DNA from: Bdellovibrionia bacterium
Lineage (GTDB): Bacteria > Bdellovibrionota > UBA1018
Length of the DNA: 10,097 nucleotides
Assembly (NCBI GenBank): GCA_045805065.1
Contig: JBJMMA010000022.1
Coordinates: forward strand, 1 to 10,097
Reading direction: 5' to 3'
The notes beneath the pieces are model-generated. The model was given only the letters and a program-made list of their open reading frames with translations. It did not search any database and was not told the origin of the DNA. A program made the translations under genes and the position numbers. Position 1 is the first letter of the stretch. Each line of letters begins with the position of its first letter. This document shows positions 1-6,377 of the stretch, piece by piece.

Positions 1-794
1 CGCAGAACCATCGGATCAAACACCACGCGATCGCCTGCGCCCGATTCGCGCATGAGAGCAAAAAGGGATTTGAGCTCATCCACGCCCTGACATGGATAAT
101 CGGCTGCGATCTGCTCAAAGCTAGCGTGAAAGAACTTCTCCATCTGAGTCTGTTGCTCAGCGGTGAGTCCAAGATCCGTGAGCCACTTGGTGTAAGCCTC
201 TTCGCCGATCTTGGCGCGTGCATCGAGTGCCTTCGTTGCTTTCAACGCAGTCTCGGCACTGAGTCCCAGCTTTTCAAAGAAATGATCAATGAGCCTGCGG
301 TTATTTACCTTGATGGAAACAAACTGCTCGCCGCCAAACTCGCGAACCAGATCCATGGCAAAGGACAAAATCTCAGCATCGGCAAGAAGTGGATCGCCAC
401 CTAGAACGTCCACGTTCAGCTGCCAGAACTCGCGCAAACGTCCGCGCTGCGGACGCTCGTAGCGCCAGAAATTAGGAATCGCGTACCAACGGATCGGACG
501 TGGAAGCTCGTTGATCTTTCCAGCCACCATACGAGCAAGCGTCGGGGTCATTTCCGGGCGAATCGCCATCTTGCGTTCGCCGCGATCAATCAGCCAATAG
601 AGCTGCTGGTTGACGATTTCCTCGCCCGTTTTTGCCGCATAAAGCTCGAACGGCTCAAGCATTGGGCCGTCATATTCCTGATAACCGTACGACTCAGCGA
701 CCTTGCGCATTTTATTGAACATATAGCGCTGCACGCGCATGTCATTTGGGTAAAAATCACGAGTACCTTTATAAGGTTGAGTCGATAGAGCCAT
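1..794 (-). CDS. hisS: Histidine--tRNA ligase, N-terminal ~264 codons (continues beyond left edge)
   Basis: Manual translation from ATG at 794: MALSTQPYKGTRDFYPNDMRVQRYMFNKMRKVAESYGYQEYDGPMLEPFELYAAKTGEEIVNQQLY...RPEMTPTLARMVA...WRYERPQRGRLREFWQLNVD. KGTRDF, RPE.T and the class II motif 2 (RYERPQ.GR.REF.Q) are HisRS hallmarks. Purine-rich GAGAAAAGGT lies upstream. Confidence 0.97.
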   Translation of the reverse strand, partial: MALSTQPYKGTRDFYPNDMRVQRYMFNKMRKVAESYGYQEYDGPMLEPFELYAAKTGEEIVNQQLYWLIDRGERKMAIRPEMTPTLARMVAGKINELPRPIRWYAIPNFWRYERPQRGRLREFWQLNVDVLGGDPLLADAEILSFAMDLVREFGGEQFVSIKVNNRRLIDHFFEKLGLSAETALKATKALDARAKIGEEAYTKWLTDLGLTAEQQTQMEKFFHASFEQIAADYPCQGVDELKSLFALMRESGAGDRVVFDPMVL

Positions 795-863
795 AAGTGA
801 ACCTTTTCTCTCAGACGGCATAGAAAGCGTCAAGGCGCCATTCTTGCTTCTTTTTAGGCCACT

Positions 864-1838
864 ATGGCTAGTTTGAACCCGTCTCCCAAAGAACTCTTCA
901 TCATGCCGTTTGATCATCGCGGCTCGTTTGAGAAAAAAATGTTTGGAATCGAAGGGCGTCCGCCGACCCAGGCCGAGACCCAGGAAATCGCCGCCTATAA
1001 GCGGATGATCTATGATGGCTATCTGGAGGCCCTCTCCGAGGGGGTTCCGCGCGAGAAGACAGGAATTCTGGTCGATGAGCAATTTGGCAGCGAGATCTTG
1101 AAAGACGCCCAGGCCGCGGGAGTCAAAACCTCCTGCTCTGCCGAAAAGTCCGGCCAGGACGAGTTTGACTTTGAGTATGGCTCCGAGTTCGGCGCTCATA
1201 TCGATAAGTTTCACCCCACTTATGTGAAGATCCTGGTCCGTTACAATCCTGAAGGCGACCCCGCGCTGAATCGCAGGCAACTCGAGAGGTTAAAGAAGCT
1301 CTCAGACTACTGCTTGAGCCATGACTCAGGATTGATGTTCGAGCTCTTGGTTGTCCCCACAAAAGATCAACTCGCGCGCGTCGCAAATGATCCCCATCGC
1401 TATGATCGGGAACTCAGACCTCAGTTGATGCTCCAAGCCATGAAGGAAATCCAAGCCGCAGGAATTGAGCCTGCCCTTTGGAAGCTGGAGGGAATCGAAT
1501 CCGAAGACCAGGCCAGGGCGGTGGTAGCTCAAGCCCAAAGCGGCGGCCGAAACAATGTCGGATTGATTATTCTAGGACGGGGCGAAAGCGAGGCCAAGGT
1601 TCGCGAATGGCTGACCGTGGCCTCCCATACTCCAGGGTTTGTGGGCTTTGCCGTCGGCCGGACGATCTTTTGGGAGCCTCTCAAGGGTTATCGCGAAGGA
1701 AAATGGGATCGCACGCGGGCTGTCCGTATGATCGCCCAGAACTACCGGGCGTGCTGTGAGCTTTGGGAAAAAGAGCATCAAAAGATTTCTAAATCCCCTC
1801 TTTCCAAACCCGAAAACCAGGCGCAGAATTTAATCTGA
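864..1838 (+). CDS. DUF2090-family (IolC C-terminal-like, 2-deoxy-5-keto-gluconate-6-phosphate aldolase domain) class I TIM-barrel aldolase, stand-alone
   Basis: Motifs LFIMPFDHR, GILVDEQFG, EKSGQDEFDFEYG, KILVRYNP, FELLV, WKLEG (putative Schiff-base Lys), ILGRG and GFAVGRTIF, as recalled for DUF2090/LacD-like aldolases. No PfkB kinase domain is present. Confidence 0.85.
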   Translation: MASLNPSPKELFIMPFDHRGSFEKKMFGIEGRPPTQAETQEIAAYKRMIYDGYLEALSEGVPREKTGILVDEQFGSEILKDAQAAGVKTSCSAEKSGQDEFDFEYGSEFGAHIDKFHPTYVKILVRYNPEGDPALNRRQLERLKKLSDYCLSHDSGLMFELLVVPTKDQLARVANDPHRYDRELRPQLMLQAMKEIQAAGIEPALWKLEGIESEDQARAVVAQAQSGGRNNVGLIILGRGESEAKVREWLTVASHTPGFVGFAVGRTIFWEPLKGYREGKWDRTRAVRMIAQNYRACCELWEKEHQKISKSPLSKPENQAQNLI

Positions 1839-1879
1839 ACTCCAAGTTAACCCCCAGTTAACACTCTGGTTCAAAAAGC

Positions 1880-1928
1880 AAAAACCCGGGCACAGCCTCC
1901 CCCCATTTTGGCTGCGTCCGGGTTTTTT
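1880..1928. terminator. Bidirectional intrinsic terminator between convergent aldolase genes
   Basis: AAAAACCCGGGCACAGCC-TCCCCCCATTTT-GGCTGCGTCCGGGTTTTTT: 18-position inverted repeat with one G.U and one mismatch on either strand, an A-tract on the left and a T-tract on the right. Confidence 0.85.
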
Positions 1929-1951
1929 CTGTTTCTGGATCTCGAGATCGC

Positions 1952-3010
1952 TTACGCGATCGTCACGCGTGGATCGAGATAAACTTCTTGAACGGCGCGA
2001 ACAAGATCCAAGCCCTCTTTCCAAGGCTTTTGGAAGGCCTTGCGTCCGAGAATCAATCCTGCGCCACCGGCGCGCTTGTTGATGACTGCCGTTCTCACAG
2101 CATCCACCATGTCAGCGGTTCCTTTGCTTTCTCCACCGGAGTTGATCAGAGGAATCTTGCCCATGTAGCAGTTAGCGACCTGGTAACGGCAAAGATCGAT
2201 CGGATTTTCCGAGGTTAGCTCGGAGTAGACCTTCTCATGGGTCTTGCCGTGCTTGGTTGCCTTGTAGCCGCCGTTGTTGGTTGGAAGCTTTTGCTTGATG
2301 ATGTCCGCTTGAAGCGTCACACCCAAGTGATTTGCCTGGCCGGTCAAGTCAGCTGAGGAGTGATAATCCACGCCATCGACCTTGAATCCGTTATTACGGG
2401 TATAGCACCAGAGAATCGTTCCCATGCCGAGCTCATGAGCTGCAGCGAATGCTTCACTGACTTCCTTGAGCTGGCGCGCGCTCTCAGCAGAGCCCCAGTA
2501 AATGGTTGCGCCGATTGCAACGCAGCCCATTTCCCACGCTTGCTTCACCGTTGCGAACATCGTCTGGTCGAAACGATTTGGCATCGAGAGAAACTCGTTG
2601 TGGTTGATCTTCAGAATGAATGGAATCTTGTGCGCATACTTGCGAGCGTAAAGTCCCAACACGCCCAGCGTCGTTGCAACGCCGTTGCACTCGGCTTCGA
2701 TCGCGAACTTGATGATGTTCTCTGGATCAAAGAAGACAGGATTCGGGGCGAACGATGCGCCTGCCGAATGCTCAATGCCCTGGTCGACTGGGAAGATCGA
2801 GGTGTATCCCGTTCCCTTCAGACGGCCATTATCCATCAGGGTCTGCAAGCTTCTCAACACTTGAGGTTTGCGATCCGAGTTCGCCATGATCTCAGATACC
2901 CAGTTTCCGTTCGGAGTATAAATCTGCTCTTTGGAGATTTTGCAGCGATGCTCCAGCAGGGTTTTTGTCTCCGCGCCTAGGACTTCTTCAAGATTCAATG
3001 TGCTATTCAT
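1952..3010 (-). CDS. fbaB: Class I fructose-bisphosphate aldolase (DhnA/FbaB type)
   Basis: Motifs [64 protein letters not shown] (Schiff-base Lys), [24 protein letters not shown]. Start uncertain: ATG 3010 preferred from homolog length; ATG 3025 or GTG 3028 are possible. Confidence 0.96.
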   Translation of the reverse strand: MNSTLNLEEVLGAETKTLLEHRCKISKEQIYTPNGNWVSEIMANSDRKPQVLRSLQTLMDNGRLKGTGYTSIFPVDQGIEHSAGASFAPNPVFFDPENIIKFAIEAECNGVATTLGVLGLYARKYAHKIPFILKINHNEFLSMPNRFDQTMFATVKQAWEMGCVAIGATIYWGSAESARQLKEVSEAFAAAHELGMGTILWCYTRNNGFKVDGVDYHSSADLTGQANHLGVTLQADIIKQKLPTNNGGYKATKHGKTHEKVYSELTSENPIDLCRYQVANCYMGKIPLINSGGESKGTADMVDAVRTAVINKRAGGAGLILGRKAFQKPWKEGLDLVRAVQEVYLDPRVTIA

Positions 3011-3089
3011 ACCAATCCAGTACATCACTCACAGCCCTGGTGGAAAGCCCCCAGAGCAAGTTTTTCTACTGATGCACCGCACTCGCTCG

Positions 3090-4013
3090 CTATTTTTTCT
3101 TCTGGGATGGCGATGGCTTAGGAGCGGCAAGCTCAGTGGAAAGTTTCTCAGCCAGTTTCTTGAGCCGTTCGAACTGTTTGTTCAGGAACACTTTCCCGTT
3201 CTCTTCAAATGCGCTGCGATATTTACCGAAGGCGGCATGCGCAAAGATGCTCTTGCTCTTGAGCAGATCCATCTCAGACAACAAGCTTTCAATGACCACC
3301 ACTTCGCCCAGCGAAGAATCACATTGAACGGAGCTCCACTCACCCCAGCTGTCAAAGTAATGATCCGTATAAATATCGCGCGTCCAGACCACGGCCTCAG
3401 AGCTGGACTTTCCAACCCTTCGATCCAAGACTTGATGCATCGTGAGCATCTTATCGGGAGCAAAGTTGAGCTTCCGGGCAAAGAGCACAGGTGTCGATGG
3501 CCGAGAAACCTCGGGTTTGAAACCCCTCTTCTCAAAGAGCGCCCACGGATCCACTGGATCGCCAGGAAACTCATAGCCTTTGCGAGCCTGCGACTTTATG
3601 TAGCGGTGCGTCCGATCCAAAATCAGCGAGTGAAACTTCATCACACGCTCATCTTCAGAAGTCTTTTTCATGGAATCGACTTCAGCCGAGTTCAGCTTCA
3701 CCATGCAGGGAAAGTCATCGCATTCGCGGATCGGATCGAGATCTTTCTCAGTCCAAGGTTGCCAATCCCGATACAAGACTTCCGCTGTGTCCGAGGGACG
3801 CAATGGGATCAATTCGTCGCCAGGAACCGAAGTCGCGGCCTCAATCCATGCTGAGCAATTTTTTGCAGGAAGCTTTTGAACTCGAACCAGCTGAAGCACC
3901 GGCCCTTGAGCTTCAAAAGCAAACCATGGTTTTCCCGATTGCAGAACTTCTGGTGCCGCGCCAAACGGATTGAGCACCAGACCTGTCAGAGCAGCAACCG
4001 AAGCTAACCCCAT
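3090..4013 (-). CDS. Hypothetical exported protein, 307 aa, last gene of the mlaE-mlaD unit
   Basis: Starts 12 nt after the mlaD stop with a GAGGA SD-like motif. Hydrophobic N-terminus (MGLASVAALTGLVLNPFGA), four Cys including CDDFPC, IYTDHYFDS motif, long amphipathic C-terminal helix and Lys/Pro tail. Confidence 0.8.
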   Translation of the reverse strand: MGLASVAALTGLVLNPFGAAPEVLQSGKPWFAFEAQGPVLQLVRVQKLPAKNCSAWIEAATSVPGDELIPLRPSDTAEVLYRDWQPWTEKDLDPIRECDDFPCMVKLNSAEVDSMKKTSEDERVMKFHSLILDRTHRYIKSQARKGYEFPGDPVDPWALFEKRGFKPEVSRPSTPVLFARKLNFAPDKMLTMHQVLDRRVGKSSSEAVVWTRDIYTDHYFDSWGEWSSVQCDSSLGEVVVIESLLSEMDLLKSKSIFAHAAFGKYRSAFEENGKVFLNKQFERLKKLAEKLSTELAAPKPSPSQKKK

Positions 4014-4025
4014 TCAGCGAGATCC

Positions 4026-5540
4026 TCAGCGAATTAAAGTAAACAGCATCTTGATGTCTTCGTCATCAAATGCGACGCCGGCACCATAGCTCCAAGCAGT
4101 TTTGCCTTCGATCTTACGGAAGGACTCAAGACCACCATCCAAATACAATCCTTCAAAGATACGAGCCGTAAGGGTCAAGCGACCATCCGTCGGAACGTCT
4201 TTACCGCGGGAGTAAACATCGCCGCGAAGCTGAAGATCCGCCTCATGCTGGCGAGGTCCGAAGTTGATCGCTGCAGAGACTGCTCCATCTCCGTACAAAG
4301 CACCGATCGCAAGATCAAGGCGGCGATCAAAGAAAAGCTTGCCCACCATGCCGGTGAGAAGAATTCCTGTTTCTTCGACCTGGGTCGTACGAACTGAAGT
4401 AGCCGTTCCACCGGCTTCAGTCAGAGTATTGGTGATCGAGCGACGACCGCGAGGATCGACCGAAATTCCAAGCAAGTAGTAACGCTCAGGATTCGGATAG
4501 ATGTAGAACTTGAAATAACCGCGGCTTCCATCATATCCGCGCAGGCGTTGGCCGCCGATGTCGACGACAAAACGGAACTCGCTGGCGCGTCCCAGAATCT
4601 TGTTCATGCTCTTGAGAGCTTTCTCAAGCTCATTTGCAAAAACCGGATCGTTCATGATGCGACCGACCGAGCCCTCACCTTTATTCATGCGAGTCAGCAT
4701 GTCGCGCAACTGATCGATGGAGGCCTCAAGCTTAGCCAAAGTACGCTGTGCCGTTTGATTCAGACCACTATCCGGGGAAAGAGTCTTTGAAGCGTTTTCC
4801 AGAGTTTTGTTGAGCTGCTTCATGGTTGTACGAAGCTCTTCTGGATTGATTGCCTGACGAAGGTTGGAGGTCAGCTGAGTCATTTCATTGACCAGACCAT
4901 CCACGCGGTTCACAACCGCTTGCATGTCTTGGGAGGTCTCACCGACTGGAATCTGGCGACCGTTCGTTCCGGTGCGAGTCGCAGGTCTTTGGTTCGTCGT
5001 CGTTGCAGGCGTTGCAACTGGAACTGAAGTCGCCGTGTCGGCAGCTAAAGCTACACCCTCTTCAGCATGTGCAGCCTCTTCTGCGTGTGCAGATGGAAGG
5101 ACAGCGTCCCAAACCCGATTCATGAAATTAGCCGCATAGCTTGCGTGTCTGATCTCAATGGATCCCGACTTTGGGCCACCGAGGTAACGAACTGGCTTGA
5201 GCTCAACGAACTTATCTCCCAAGAAGCCTTCGCCACGGATAAAGGCGCGGGTTGAAGGAAGAACTTCCACAGGAGCCGTGATGCAGATTCCCAGATCCAC
5301 GTGCGTTTCGCTCAGGTCGACGCTCTTTAAATAACCGATTTCAATCCCCATCGATCGGACGGCGGATTTCATCTTGAGGCCCGTGGCGTCTTCAACACTG
5401 ATTTTCACGAGCTGGCACCCGCGCCACCAGTAAGGCTTGTCATTGACGAGAACCGTGACGGCTCCAATCAGGAGAAGGCCCAGAACCGTAAAAAGTCCGA
5501 CCTTGATGCGTGTACCAATGCTTGCGTCGAGTGAGTTCAT
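4026..5540 (-). CDS. mlaD: Long MlaD/MCE-family protein: TM anchor, one MCE domain, helical stalk, C-terminal beta-rich domain
   Basis: IKVGLF + TM (aa ~13-32); MCE motifs DATGLKMKSAVRSMGIEIGYL and GEGFLGDKFVELKP; heptad helices aa ~205-320 with GEGSVGRIMND; alternating-pattern beta strands aa ~321-495. Lies 4 nt downstream of mlaE. Confidence 0.92.
   Translation of the reverse strand: MNSLDASIGTRIKVGLFTVLGLLLIGAVTVLVNDKPYWWRGCQLVKISVEDATGLKMKSAVRSMGIEIGYLKSVDLSETHVDLGICITAPVEVLPSTRAFIRGEGFLGDKFVELKPVRYLGGPKSGSIEIRHASYAANFMNRVWDAVLPSAHAEEAAHAEEGVALAADTATSVPVATPATTTNQRPATRTGTNGRQIPVGETSQDMQAVVNRVDGLVNEMTQLTSNLRQAINPEELRTTMKQLNKTLENASKTLSPDSGLNQTAQRTLAKLEASIDQLRDMLTRMNKGEGSVGRIMNDPVFANELEKALKSMNKILGRASEFRFVVDIGGQRLRGYDGSRGYFKFYIYPNPERYYLLGISVDPRGRRSITNTLTEAGGTATSVRTTQVEETGILLTGMVGKLFFDRRLDLAIGALYGDGAVSAAINFGPRQHEADLQLRGDVYSRGKDVPTDGRLTLTARIFEGLYLDGGLESFRKIEGKTAWSYGAGVAFDDEDIKMLFTLIR
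5057..5092. repeat. 18-bp tandem duplication inside mlaD (encodes AHAEE twice)
   Basis: cctcttcagcatgtgcag / cctcttctgcgtgtgcag, 16 of 18 identical; protein reads SAHAEEAAHAEEG. Confidence 0.75.
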
Positions 5541-5544
5541 AAAT

Positions 5545-6324
5545 TCAGATTTTCAGGTAGGCAAACCCGAAGGGTAAAAATGAGGTTAAAATGTAATCCG
5601 CCAATAAAATTGCCAAAATCGATGCGACCACAGTACCACGGGTAGCAAAGCCCACAGCTCTTGCACCCCCATAGGCGTGGTACCCGTAATAACAACCAAT
5701 CCAAGTCAGGATAAGTCCAAACGTACAGCCTTTGGTCACACAATGCACGAGATCAATTGCATCGACCACACGGGTGTACTGAGACCAGAAGATGGTCCAA
5801 TCCAACCCCATGATCCCGCAGGCAACACCGGCTGAAGCAATCGATCCGATCACGGCAAACATCACGGACAAAAGTGGCATCATTAAAAACCCTGCCACCA
5901 CCCGAGGTGCCACAAGGAATTCAATCGGGTCAATCGCCATGACCTCCAGAGCATCGATTTGCTCAGAAATTCGCATACTCGCGATTTCGGCCGCCATCGC
6001 AGCCCCAGCCCGTCCCGTGACCACAATCGATGCCATCACAGGCGCAAGTTCCCGAAACAAACCCACACCGACGCTTCCGCCGAGCAGGGCTTCCGCGCCA
6101 AACAGCTTAAAAGAGACGTAAAGCTGGTATCCGAGCACCCCACCCAGAAAGGTTGCGGCAACGGCATTTACCCCAATCGAGCTCACGCCAATAAATTCGC
6201 ATTGCTTGAGAAGCAGGCCGGACCGCCGAACAAGTCGGGTCAACGAGCCCAGGGTTTCACCTACAAAAAGAGAAAATTGGCCCAAAGTGGTGACAAAAGT
6301 TTGAACTAGCTCTACCCATTTCAC
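5545..6324 (-). CDS. mlaE: MlaE/Ttg2B/YrbE-family ABC lipid transporter permease
   Basis: Signature RELAPVMASIVVTGRAGAAMAAEIASMRISEQIDALEVMAIDPIEFLVAPR and GGARAVGFAT..TVV.S......DY.LT. GTG start preceded by AGGA. Confidence 0.95.
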   Translation of the reverse strand: MKWVELVQTFVTTLGQFSLFVGETLGSLTRLVRRSGLLLKQCEFIGVSSIGVNAVAATFLGGVLGYQLYVSFKLFGAEALLGGSVGVGLFRELAPVMASIVVTGRAGAAMAAEIASMRISEQIDALEVMAIDPIEFLVAPRVVAGFLMMPLLSVMFAVIGSIASAGVACGIMGLDWTIFWSQYTRVVDAIDLVHCVTKGCTFGLILTWIGCYYGYHAYGGARAVGFATRGTVVASILAILLADYILTSFLPFGFAYLKI

Positions 6325-6377
6325 GTTGTCCTAAGATAAGACTAGAAGGACCATAAATACAAGAAAATCCAAATATT
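6325..6377. promoter_or_regulatory. Compact AT-rich divergent control region for mlaE-mlaD-orf and the MMPL gene
   Basis: Only 53 bp separate the two divergent start codons. Minus strand has a sigma70-like TTGTAT-N18-TATCTT ending 8 nt before the mlaE GTG. Individual promoter elements are tentative. Confidence 0.5.

Noticed and set aside
126..404. 92-aa + strand ORF
   Set aside because: Lies antisense within hisS.
1988..2980. + strand ORFs 1988-2218 and 2360-2980
   Set aside because: Antisense shadows of the highly conserved fbaB.
2931..3854. 307-aa + strand ORF antisense to orf307
   Set aside because: It overlaps the fbaB 5' end and lies opposite a gene with SD, signal-like peptide and operon coupling; it has no recognisable motifs, so it is most likely a shadow ORF. 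The equal length is coincidence.
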